Part shown: piece after piece, positions 25,535-37,494 of the stretch
How the letters are laid out: each line of letters begins with the position of its first letter
How positions within the stretch are numbered: position 1 is the first letter of the stretch
NCBI RefSeq assembly: GCF_964355755.1
Contig: NC_092672.1
Coordinates: forward strand, 4,588,001-4,652,000
DNA: 64,000 nt
Reading direction: 5' to 3'
DNA from: Antedon mediterranea
Lineage: Eukaryota; Animalia; Echinodermata
Translations under genes and position numbers: made by a program
Notes under the pieces: model-generated
Databases searched by the model: none
The model's input: only the letters and a program-made list of their open reading frames with translations
Told to the model about the DNA's origin: nothing

Positions 25535-25715
25535 AGGGTCTTTCACACCTGTTCCGGCACGGTTCCGGTCCGGCGCCGGAAAATCCAATCGAACGCCAAT
25601 GTTTCGTTTTCACGCGGCTACGCACATATCGATTGGCGCATAGCCGCGTGAAAACGAAACATTGATGTTCGATTCGCCGGACCGGAACCGTGCCGGAACA
25701 GGTGTGAAAGACCCT
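25535..25715. mobile_element. Palindromic Harbinger-type MITE (181 bp)
   Basis: TTA AGGGTCTTTCACACCTGTTCCGGCACGGTTCCGGTCCGGCG...CGCCGGACCGGAACCGTGCCGGAACAGGTGTGAAAGACCCT TTA. Confidence 0.88.
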
Positions 25716-26980
25716 TTACTCGGAATGAATCCTTCATTAGAGAGAAACCTGATGATCATCTCTAGGAAACATTGATTCTAAAAATTATAGAAATCAGAGA
25801 GCAATTTTTTATTTCTTTGAAATAAGAGTTTACTATATAACATAAAATATTTGTGACATTCAATGCTGTTAGTTCAATAAATTTTAGTAGAAAAATGACA
25901 TAGTTTCAGACATGTCTGATTTTACATTCTTTACATAGTAGTAGAAATTGCAAAAATGAATAATGTTCCATGTTATTACAAATTTTTTAGTATTAATATT
26001 TAATTAGAAGTTATTTCAAACAATTTAGCTATACAAAAACTGCAGTAAAAATTATGTTTGAAAACAAATTTTTTTAAGATATATATATTTTTTTCTGTTT
26101 TTAAATATTTTTTTTTTTACAAATTAGTTTCTTCTAAATAATAACTATTGCTTTGCATGGAAAAATTCTCTAGATTTTTTTTTTAAATTGTTAAATGGTA
26201 ATAACTAACCACATAAATAATCCAAGATTCAAGAAATGTTATTGGTCCATTTAAAATGGAAATTCATTTTTCTTTAAACCATAAAACTACAAAGAAAAAT
26301 ACAGCACATTGCAAAAATGCTATAGGCCAATGCTAAAATAAATCCAGGTGCAAACAATTGTCAAAAGTACATTTTCCCAGTGCGAACATGGCTTAAGAAG
26401 TCTCTTTAACCTCTATGACCTGTTCACACCAACCATAACTCTTGTTTGTAGCATTACATCCATCCATTTAGATGGATTAACAGCACAAAATAGTTCATGG
26501 TACTCTATCAAACAATGATTTCTAAGTATTTAAAAATCTATGAATTCGTTCACGACACAAAGCATAAATACATTTTGTCAAAAACACCTGTTAAATTGCC
26601 ATGTACTTCAATCAATGCTTTACAAACAACGAGTGTACCGACCAATCAATAACAGGCTTAGTACTTAATTAAAGAATCTCGATTTTGAAATTAAAAGACC
26701 GACGAGCGTGACAACTAACGATGAACAGTAAGGGGAATGCAATTAAAAGTTGGGGTACGATTGATGATTATAGCGGATGCAGTTTAATTAGATGAAATAT
26801 GGGAAAGTTAAAAATTAAATGAGACAGTTGGGAAATCCCCTGATTTGTATACACATATGGCATATCAATTTGTATTAAACATTTAATAATATTATAATAG
26901 CATTAACCCTAAATGTTTTACTCCATCTCCTAAAACGCATACATTTTTACTTTAAATTTATTACTTTCATTATTTACTTA

Positions 26981-27502
26981 CAGTAGAAGTAGTAGTTTGG
27001 GACACCCTTATTAAAGGGACACCCTACTCAGGAAACACCCTGTTAAGGGGACACCCTACTCAGGAAACACCCTGTTAAGGGGACACCCTACTCAGGAAAC
27101 ACCCTGTTAAGGGGACACCCTACTCAGGAAACATCCTGTTTAAGGGACACCCTACTCAGGAAACACCCTGTTAAGGGAACACCCTACTCAGGAAACACCC
27201 TGTTAAGGGGACACCCTACTCAGGAAACACCCTGTTAAGGGGACACCCTACTCAGGAAACACCCTGTTAAGGGGACACCCTACTCAGGAAACACCCTGTT
27301 AAGGGACACCCTACTCAGGAAACACCCTGTTAAGGGGACACCCTACTCAGGAAACACCCTGTTAAGGGGACACCCTACTCAGGAAACACCCTGTTTAAGG
27401 GACACCCTACTCAGGAAACACCCTGTTAAGGGGACACCCTACTCAGGAAACACCCTGTTAAGGGGACACCCTACTCAGGAAACACCCTGTTAAGGGGACA
27501 CT
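26981..27502 (+). repeat. 32-bp dimeric minisatellite (GGGGACACCCTACTCA+GGAAACACCCTGTTAA) x~15 in a CAGT MITE remnant
   Basis: Array ~27016-27501 preceded by TA CAGTAGAA. Confidence 0.92.
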
Positions 27503-28580
27503 TAAATGTTCAAATACATGCCCCAAGTAAGTCTAAGCCTACCGTAGTTGGAATTCTTCTGTATTTTACCTAATTGGTACTTATTAAGTTTGATATTGCT
27601 ACTGCTACATTCCTGAACTAAAGGTGAAATTTCGAATTTTCTACTCAAAGAGGATCAGAAGCAAATGGAAAGACAATAGAAATGGAAGAAAAAGGCAGTA
27701 TGACTTAGTTGGTAACCTTAGAAAGAGGAAGAAAACAAAATTATGTTTTTTTTTAAATGTTATTTTAAAAGGAAATCATATTGAACATTATATATTAATG
27801 TCTCTGAAAATTCGCTTCAAGGAATTTTTGAAATCCGCAGCCAGCTGGTCCCTTCATCTTTGACTGTAAACATCTATTGTACAACCTGTAATATTGATTT
27901 TGCTATGAATACAGCAAAAAAAATCACCCGCAAAATCTGAATTAGTCTGCAGCTAGCAGCAGTCGAGTGAGGAAACGAACAATGAAAGGAAATGTATATA
28001 GAAAAACGGTGTAAAGTATTAATTTCCCGTACAACACGTTTAAGGAAATATGCGCTGAACTCGAATGTAATGATGAAGTCTGTAGGCGAACACCGACTGC
28101 AATCAACTCTAACAAATTTACGAACAATAATTACAGTTCATTAGTACTACAAATGCGGTGAACAATGCACAGTTTTAGCATTGTGAGTGCTTTAGCTATT
28201 TTAGCATTGCGGTTACATAATGACTAGTTATAATTCAATGTGTGATTATAATTATGAATCCTGGTGTGAGCTTTAATGAATATTGAAAAAAATTACTTCA
28301 GATGTCTGATGTTGACAATTACAAAACAAGCCTACGTCCTTGGGTCATTCTTAAACACAGATTAGTATGACATTTAATTATTAAAATAATAACATAATAT
28401 TTTACTTTCTATAAACTAATAATCTTTCTAAATAATCTTTGATAAACAATTTTTTAAAATTATAGTGGCAAGATATAACCATCAATATTAATTGAGAAAT
28501 AATATTATGTTTAGCCAATAATTAGCCAGTATACACAAGGTGAGAAATTGAGTTTGGCAAGGACACTTCCATCCTTATAA

Positions 28581-28762
28581 AGCCCTGTCTACACTATCAA
28601 ACTTTATGTGAAAAAAAAAAATGTGATGTGCCCATACTGTAAAAGACATGATGATGTCATATCACTACCATATTTGGGCATAGCACTACCATATTTGGGC
28701 ATAGCACTACCATATTTGGGCATATCACTACCATCAACTAGTTTGATAGTGTAGACAGAGCC
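28581..28762. mobile_element. Harbinger MITE family A
   Basis: TAA AGCCCTGTCTACACTATCAAACT...AGTTTGATAGTGTAGACAGAGCC TAA with three to four 20-bp units. Confidence 0.85.
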
Positions 28763-29118
28763 TAAAAACAAAGCTAATTAGACAAAACTATCCAAGTACT
28801 GTAGCAGCAAAACAAAAATAAATGTATGCTCTCCAGTGGGAATAGAGATGAGAGTGTTTCTTGTATTGTATTGAGTTTAGTAAAGTTAATTTTTGCTAAT
28901 TTATACGTAATGTTAATATCTATGGACCAGAGATTCCAAAATAAAATAATGAATTGAATAAAATGAAATATCCTAGCTTAGCACTGCAGAAGTTTTAGAA
29001 GAAGGAAAAGAGGTATACAATAGGTGGCAGTATATACCCATGCCCTGACAACATCATAAAAGATGCAGTATCCATGTATCACAACAAATTTCATACAAAT
29101 ACATGTAATATCCTTTAC

Positions 29119-29166
29119 CTTCTTACGATTTCTCCACCAGCTCAAAATGCCATTCAGTTTTTCCAT
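29119..29166 (-). CDS. Candidate short alternative first coding exon of RIM-BP (MEKLNGILSWWRNRKK)
   Basis: ATG with A at -3 and G at +4; AAG/GTAAAG phase-0 donor compatible with the 23113 acceptor. Confidence 0.4.
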
Positions 29167-29589
29167 ATTTCCATGATTAGATCAAAACAATTGTAAGAAT
29201 AAGCAAAAGTATATCGCTATGAGTTGTTCCAATCTTCAGCGCAAATTATACACAAAACACAATACCGCTCCATATTATTCAATGAAAGGGTTGGAAATAA
29301 CTGTAGGAATAGTACAAGTCAAAGTCAACAGAACAAATTAAACCGTCAGATTTTATCATTATAATTTTCTATTGTGTGATCCACCATCTGTGTAAATCAT
29401 GAGGTGTTCATTTGCATATTTATTTTCTGAATAATCATTATGGTATAATGTCAGATGTTGAGGAATGAACTTACACGAAAGAAAAGAAAAAACCTGATAC
29501 AGAGCAGAAAGATAATCAGAGAGTTGGATGAAGAATGTTAAGAACCGAATACCTTTACATACTTGTTGTAAATTTAAACAGATCTGTAA

Positions 29590-29960
29590 TTTTTATTTTT
29601 TTATTTTTTATTTTTATTTTATTCAATCGAAACCAACAGCGATAATTACCGCCACTAACAGGTTTGATACAAACAAAGCCAGAAGAGTTTAAAGCACCTT
29701 GATTGGTCCTGACATTGATCAAGGGCTTCTCTCGTCCAGTGCCCACCTTGACCAGATAAGAGGTCTGAGGCAGATACTAGATGCAGGGGCTGCCATAAGA
29801 GTCAGCAGTGCTGATTTCAAATGCCTAACGGGACCCCAGCTCCGTATACAGCACCCGCTATTCCCAGATGGTCTCCCATCCAAGCTCTAACCAGGCCCAA
29901 CGTTGCTTAACTTCGGTGATCTGACGAGAACCGGTGTTTCAACGTGGTAAAGCCGTATAT
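29590..29960 (-). mobile_element. 5S rRNA-derived SINE (SINE3-type)
   Basis: Head ~29845-29960 (TACGGCTTTACCACGTTGAAACACCGGTTCTCGTCAGATCACCGAAGTTAAGC...GGATGGGAGACCATCTGGGAATAGCGGGTGCTGTA) is 5S-like with A and C boxes, has no terminator, and is followed by a ~220-nt body and a (TAAAA)n tail. Confidence 0.85.
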
Positions 29961-30375
29961 CATTGAATTAGATTCTGTCCACATGTACAGTCCCAAAATC
30001 TATATATTTTTATCTTAGGTGTCAGAAGAATATGAATTTGTGTTTTTTTTTAGCATTTTAAATAATTTTTTAATATTGTCTTTTTAATCTTACTCTACAT
30101 TATTTTACAATTACACATCACAAATATACGTATTTAAAGAGATATATAAATAAATGGACTATTTTCTTTGTTTATGAAGACAAATAAATTTCTTGTATCT
30201 TAGGATGGAATTACTAAATTTACTTTTAAATAGAATTGATATATGCCATATTTTATAAATTGTATATAAATCATAGAAAATTACTGAAAATCAGTGGCTG
30301 GATCTCAATGGAGATACAAAATAAAATAAGCAAAATGCTAAATCAAAACGATAAAGTAAAACAGCCAGGAAATTA

Positions 30376-30415
30376 GCAGAGCTTTCGGGTAACACTAGCC
30401 CTTCATCAGTACAGC
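30376..30415 (-). ncRNA. Penelope-type minimal hammerhead ribozyme motif
   Basis: Minus strand GCTGTA CTGATGA A GGG CTAGTGTTA CCC GAAA GCTC TGC: conserved boxes and stem II present, stem I weak. Confidence 0.55.
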
Positions 30416-31902
30416 TATTTTTTTCTTGGGCCATATTAAAATGCTATCCTAGCCTTTTGAATTCCTGCATTTTATCTTGTTGGAGTATTTCTGCTACTAC
30501 AGATGTTTTTTAGTAGCGATATAACACGATATATAAATCACATTAGTATGAAAATGTTGATATCTGATGATTATGAACTTCTATCTCACTCAACTATTTA
30601 GAAAAGAAAGAGGGCAGTAGACAAGTTATTAGCATAGTCACAATGAAAAGTGACAAGATAATTTGGTACTTAAAATGTCATCATCGTTTTGTCATTAGCA
30701 ACATATTGCAAATCAAACAATTTTTTCATAAATTTCAAGTTATGGAAAAATCGAAAATTATTTATTTGACGACAATAGGAATCCATGTCACATATTTATA
30801 AACATATTTCATTACTGCTTGTGTTGATAGACTTCAACAATTTACAACTTATCAAATTTGATTATTAATATAATAATTGTTGATAATTAGTTACAAAAAA
30901 AAAATTAAAATGTACTAAAAATTAGTATTGATGCGTTTGTAGTTTAATCTGTGTTCGTGGATTTTTTTGGTGACAATGATTTTACTTTGTGTTATAATTT
31001 AGACTGCAATATTTTTACTTTTGGAAAGCATTATGATTATATTTCATTTTAAATTATATTTAAAATTAATAAAATAGCATAACCATATTATTTGTATGTA
31101 TATATTGTTACTTCACGTATTATATTATATTACGATGCAAGTCAGAAGTTGATCTTTTTAGAAGTTACATTGAAGTATTATATTTTTTGTGCTAGAGGCC
31201 AAGAGGGGAACAATTAAGGCTCTTTTTTAGATTCAGTTCCTTTTTGTGTTCTACCAATTTACTTTGTAGTGTTTCTTGTTGCTGATTTGTATGTTCACAA
31301 TAAAGAATAATAAGAAATAAAGTTGTGATTATTTCATGTTTTGTGGCTGTGTGTAACTGCCGTATTCTTTCAGTAAAATAAATTCAATACAATTTTAAAT
31401 ATATTTAACCAAGTGACTTTTATATTTTGATTAATTACCACCAACATTTAAAAATAATTAAATTAATTAGTTGGTCATGAACCATTTTTCTATTAGACTA
31501 TATCGTAGGTTTGTAGACAAACTATCAATAATTCAAAATAAAAAATGTGCCACTATAAAGTAAAGAAGTAGATCTTTAAAAAATAGCTTATCAATTAATA
31601 TAGTCAATACTTACTTAAATATTGACTAATTTAATTTTGATTTAATTACGAATAATGAATAATCACTTTGTCATAAAGGAAAAATAGAAAATGCGTCACA
31701 AAAAGCATAAATTATAAAATAACACTTAACTGTTAATTGACCGACTAGTTAATGATAAATTGATTATTGAATATTGATTACATTGGAACAAGCTGCAATA
31801 GAACTAAACAGTATGGTAATAAATACTCCGAATCTGATTGATTACTCTAATGTCTATAATCAATACTAATCAATAACTTCATTCAAATTGTCAAATACTT
31901 AC

Positions 31903-32004
31903 TGCGGAATTGATAGCTAGACACCTTTGCAAGCGGAGTTGTTCCTTGGCATGTTGGCATATTATTCGTTCCAACTCTGCCTTTTCCGAGTACATCTTGC
32001 TGTT
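31903..32004 (-). CDS. RIMBP2: RIM-BP exon (NSKMYSEKAELERIICQHAKEQLRLQRCLAINSA)
   Basis: tattctctacttccaacag acceptor, GTAAGT donor, 102 nt phase 0-0; resembles DLDRLLRESQREVLRLQRQIAL of TSPOAP1; different frame from the ORF track entry. Confidence 0.88.
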
Positions 32005-32484
32005 CTGTTGGAAGTAGAGAATAATACAAAAACGTCAGCAATATTACACAGATCGTGAGCATGCAGTTGAACCTGTCTGAAATATCACATTTTAGCTCAT
32101 TCAATTTACATTGCATTGCATATACAGACTGACTTTGGCTAAACTTTAATGATAATTGCTCCATACTGTAAAAAAGAGTCAAATCTTGTGTCATAATACA
32201 AACAAATAATATACATTGTGAATATGTATATACAAAATAGCTTTATTTAGATAATGTGGCTAGTTTAAAAAAAATATATAGATGACCTCTTCACAATCTG
32301 GAAATTATAAAAAAGCTTTGAACCTGGGCTATTATAAATAGCAAGTAACTCTTACCTTGTCTTCTGTTTTTACCATTCACTACTTTAAGTTTAATCACTA
32401 GATACTTAGCCATGAACAATAACATTTTGTATTTTATATAATATTCATCTTCAATTTCAGAAAATCTAGATTAGATCATCTAAA

Positions 32485-32700
32485 ACCCCATGGCAGTCTT
32501 CGTACAGCGTCTACCATGGCTGAGATCAACCAGTATACCAAGGTAACTCTCTACTCTTCTTAAAGATGCACTTGGTTCTTTAAAGTGCACTTGAGTCAGA
32601 TACTGTATGTACACTGGACCTCCAATTTAAAACCAGAACTATGGTCGAGTAAAGTCTTTAAACTTTCCGGTACTACAACCACTCAAAAACATAGACAGAA
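32485..32700 (-). mobile_element. Deu/Nin-domain SINE, decayed
   Basis: Minus strand GGAGGTCCAGTGTAC...GTGCACTTTAAAGAACCAAGTGCATCTTTAAGAAGAGTAGAG; homologous to the 56100 copy. Confidence 0.7.
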
Positions 32701-32759
32701 AATGTTGTAATCATAAATATTAATATTAATTATAATAAATTAATATTACTGTTACTTAC

Positions 32760-32948
32760 TCGAACATTTGGGTCTGGTTCCCTGGTAAAGTTCTGCAGTT
32801 TGTCCACCACCTGACGGAGATCAGATATTTCTTTATCCTTAGCGAGAAGTTTCTGGGCATGATCTGCTATGTCTTTGGCACGCTGCCTCGCAAAAACACG
32901 CTTGTAATGATCAAGGTCATATGAGCTAGCTTTTGAGTTGTCATTTCG
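32760..32948 (-). CDS. RIMBP2: RIM-BP exon (RNDNSKASSYDLDHYKRVFARQRAKDIADHAQKLLAKDKEISDLRQ...NVR)
   Basis: ttgttcttgcag acceptor, GTAAGT donor, 189 nt phase 0-0; matches the recalled family motif ARQRARDLSETASALLAKDKQIAALQ. Confidence 0.93.
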
Positions 32949-34435
32949 CTGCAAGAACAATAAATCAGTTTGATATTAATATTAATTCTGGTTTCCTGTC
33001 GTAAGCAAGGCTAATGTAGTCCAGATATTAATTATAGTTTAATACATAAAAAAACATTCAAATATAATCTATAATATAATGCATAAATCGATAGATGGGT
33101 AGAGTACAGATTAGAAAACTTAGGTAACTTAGTTCTTTTATGAGAATATAAAATTCAATGAATCAATATTAGTTAAAAAGCATAGCTTCAACTCCTATTT
33201 ACAGGTCAACCACAGGTCACAAACAAATTTATTTTTAACCCAAGTCCCAAGTTTCCAAACATTTTGAGTGATCTCCTAAACTCGGATTATACTCTTTTAA
33301 CTAAACATATTGCATTTTTCAGAATGCACATCAGCATATGCCACACTTGGGAAGTGCCTGGAATACTCATGGTTTACTATGTTGATGCTCGATATTTATT
33401 TTTAAATAGTGCCCTCTATGTCTGGATGTATTTAAACAAATTAAAGCATCCCCTATGGTTCGGCATCTCGACTTTTAAAATTTTCTGATATTTCATTTTT
33501 TCCAAGTTGCGAGACCAAGTCCCAAGTTTCTATTTTGTATATATTCATTCATTATTATCTAAATAAATATTATCTGAATCTGAATCTGAAGTAGTATAGT
33601 AACTACACTACTCAAATAATGATAGTCAAGTCCAAAAAATTGAGTGTTTATCTATTATGACAAAGTTTGACCACAAATTTGATTAAATATGATTTTCCTT
33701 TATTGGTTAATTAAAAAGGAAAATGTTCGTCATTAGAATCCTATTACTCACAATTCCAAATAACTTTCTTTGAAGGACACTATTTTATATTACTTTTACC
33801 AGTTAAAATTACACAATATTTTGAAATGAGTCCAAAAAATAAATAAATAAATAAAAATACAAGACTGAAGGACATAATACTAGTACTAAGCCAATTCTGA
33901 TTCGGATATAAGCCCGCTCATCGCTCTCTAATGTATGTATATCCCACTCCCCAATATCAAACTCAATATAAGTTTGGGATTCAGCATAGCAAAAGACCGT
34001 GGAAATAGTGGATTGTCCTACAGAGGATGGATGATGATACATATATTGAATTTAGTCAAAATGATTAATAAAATAAAATAATTAAATGAATTAACAATAC
34101 AGTGTACATAATGATGGAAATATATATTTCTTCTCAAGCCTATCACTGGTTGGTACATTAAAAATAGTGGCAAAAAGACTTATCATTTAATATCAATATT
34201 TAATATTTGTATATGGAATTTATGAATGACACAATTTTGAAAAAGAAACACAGAGAAATCCTTCTCCTCTGGAAAAAGAGAGAGAGTAAACTTAAGTAGA
34301 GCAAAATATAAATAATAAAATAGAAAACATGAAATAATTGAACTTATTCTGGTAGCCGAAAAAGACTGCAACACGCGATATACTGTAGTAATCCTGAAAA
34401 AAGTAATATCCAACTTGGAAGAACCATCAACTTAC

Positions 34436-35086
34436 TGAACAACCTTCATCAGATTGTTGCAAAACATCATTTCTAAGAGCATTCAACATCCATGGGGCAT
34501 CGGACGCTTGTTGTAACTCCTTTAAGTTCCACTCAACATGTCTGTTCATACACTGAGTACAACATTCGCATATGCTTCCTGCCCAATAGTGGTCAAAGGT
34601 CAAACTCTCCACAGAACCGTTCCCATCTACGTCAATATATTCATCATTTCCTTCCGAACTTGAATTAATACTATTTGTTTCATTCTCAGCATTACAGTTT
34701 TGCTTAAATAACCACCTATTATCGGATCTTTCTTTTGTAGATGGTAAATAAAGCAATGAACCGCGAAAATTATTACTCTTGTTATCACAAAATTGTTCTG
34801 TACAACACCCATTTGGAAGCTCCTGTTCTGAGAATTCATACGTCGAACTGGCTCCCAAAATTTCCGTAGAGTTAATTATTTCAAACGAGTTACTTAGAAC
34901 AAAGTTTTTTCCACTTAATATATCGTTTGTAGTCTCTTCAGTGGTAGTGTCATTTTTTTCATCACTTTTGCCAAAGCTTTCAAAGAAACGATCTTTAATA
35001 TCTTTGAATCCTTTGATCTCTTTAAACGTCGTTACATCAAAAAGATCACCCTCATCTTTACCCGGACTTTGTTGTGTGTTACCCAT
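34436..35086 (-). CDS. Probable alternative first coding exon of RIM-BP, 217 aa (MGNTQQS...DEGCS)
   Basis: Long ORF in AT-rich DNA, ATG with A at -3 and G at +4, TCA/GTAAGT phase-0 donor two codons before the stop. Confidence 0.75.
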
Positions 35087-37494
35087 AGTACAATTGCTTT
35101 TTCATTTAATTAATAAGATATAACTTTCTGACAGTTTATTTATCTTGCATAAACTAATCCATACTGAGTTGATACCAATGAATATTCAACAATAAATGCA
35201 TAATAATTAGAAAATTGCACCAATCATAATGCATAATCATTTAACATTAATGCATATTCATATAAAAAGCTCATTAATATGCATATATTCAAAGCAAGCA
35301 ATAAACTATCTCCATTAAGCACAGGTTTAAAACTTCATAATATCCGATTTAAACTTTAATTTAAAACCAATACAAAAAAGAAAACTGGTTACTTCCATCT
35401 GTAATTCCAGATATTAATGTTTCAATGTTACAGTATAATTCCACAGATAAATATGGTAGAAAATCCACAACTGTGAATGTTTTCTTCGTTCAGTCGATTT
35501 ATAGCATTGTACAAATACAGGCAGACTTTGCTAATTAAAATCAAATGACTCTGTCGTGTTATTGATAAACATTGTTTATATTATCTGTATCACCAATTAC
35601 TAATACAAATATTCAATATCAATAAAATGTAGCTTGTCTGGTAGGTCAGAGGTCGGTAATTCTCATGGCTAAAATATGTTCAGTAATGACCTCCTGATGC
35701 ACATGAAATGATTGCAGTTAGCCCATCTCGTTCTTTGCACAGTTACTTAATCTCAGTGGCAAATTACCGCTGCGACTGATTCAATTTTGTCCAGAAATGG
35801 CGATAGTTAGCCTAGATATCTGATCTCTAAAAACAGCCATCAATATCCTCAGCACTATAATTAGAAAAAGTTTTTATAGAAACTCACGATTTTTCATTCT
35901 CAATATATCCTTGTTTAAAAAGGAATCGCTCTTTATCTGTCTTAAAAGATTGGTATATTCTTTCAAACACTACGCATACACAGACAGCGCTGGTTAAAAT
36001 AGTATAAAATTTATTCTTCTCAGAAAGGAATTAATAAGTGTCACATGAGGAAAAATAAATTGTGAATTTATTTCCAATTTATAACTTTGTTTATACATCT
36101 AAATACTAAACAGGTATACAATTAGAAGTCTAAAGTTTAAATCGACGAGGCAAGAATAGAAATTGTTTTTGCCTTGAAGCTATATTCCAATACTAGCTTT
36201 TAGTATCATTTCTATCACAAATGGATATGCACGTTGAAGAATCCATGTTGTTGGATGTTAAGGCAAAAACAAGTTCATCACTTTTGGCATACAAATACTG
36301 AGTTACTTTTCATTTGCACGAATACACACAATATTAACACAAACGCCGACATTGGTTAAAATTCTGTTACCGTCCTCAACAGCTTGTAATACTTTACTTC
36401 TTTAAAGGTTAAAAAGCTCAATTACAGTGCGTATATTCGTTCAAAAAACATGCTTTAGCTGAGCATGAAATACAGTAGAAAAAATAGCATTTTCATCGAT
36501 ACAAAGTTAAATTGAACAATCCAAACAAAAATAAAACATGTTCATACTAGAATACAGGAAAAAAAAAAAACTGTCACTCTGTTGAGGTTGTACTGTAGTG
36601 ATACCAGACTATAACATGTTTTACTGTACTTTTCTAAGCTTTACACTACAGTAGAAAAGTACCAGTTCTACCACTCCAAAGTCAAGCTCAACAATCCAAA
36701 ATAATGGTCGTACTAATACAGGCTAACAATATACTGAATCCAAGCCTATGTTTTGTCGAGACTAGTAGTAGTATAGTGACAGACAGACGTGTAAACCTCA
36801 ATCACAGCCCTACACAAAAAATGTTTTGATGAGATCAGAATAGCAGGAAAAAAGCATAAAATGCTGTGTAATCCACTTCATGTATTCATATACCATACAG
36901 GTACAAACATGTACAAAACACTGTTTCCAAAATCTTTAGCACGTTTTGTAAAAGCTTGAATGATAATATGTCTGATTTAAACCATTTAAAAAGCTGAATT
37001 AAATCACATCCCATGAAGTATCAACAGATATTCAAAAAACCTTTGAATCGTGAATAACAATGAATGCTTTGATAAAGTACAAAGATGGAATCTTCCAAGC
37101 TTAAAAACAAAAACAACTTAGAAAGCCTTGTATTACCGACTTGGTTGTTTATATTGGTTGAGCTCTGCATATTGCAAACCAACCTAATCTGAATAATTGA
37201 ATATCAAATACATATTTTGTGTGTAAATAATCATTTACATATTATAAAATACCAGTATCAAAATCAAAATGTTTAGTAATACTATATTGTTATGCATGAT
37301 ATTAAATATTAATACTGTATTAACAAAAGGTAATGACGTAAAACATATTTTAATTCAATTTTAAAATTGGTTAAAATTTCTAACAATAAATTATGCTGAG
37401 AAAGGGCTTTCACTTTAATTGTGGGGTTTAAGCAATATAATATAAGAAATAGGATATTAATAATAATAAGAACAAATTTTCATTGGACTACTGA

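Noticed and set aside
25749-25775. CTGATGA...GAAA as a second hammerhead (also CTGATGA at ~3623, 8445, 19846)
   Set aside because: No stem II pairing between the boxes
9005-27501. Short regular repeat arrays as CRISPR
   Set aside because: Units are head-to-tail with no unique spacers, no cas genes, eukaryotic intron context
29845-29960. Functional 5S rRNA gene
   Set aside because: Substitutions in the terminal helix, no oligo-T terminator, not in an array; better explained as a SINE head
31883-32194. 103-aa ORF from the track
   Set aside because: Wrong frame; the real exon 31903-32004 reads NSKMYSEKAELER... in another frame
32356-32376. MVKTEDK plus AAG/GTAAGA as another alternative start
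   Set aside because: Phase-compatible but only 7 codons, next to a SINE remnant and 0.4 kb from a constitutive exon; indistinguishable from chance
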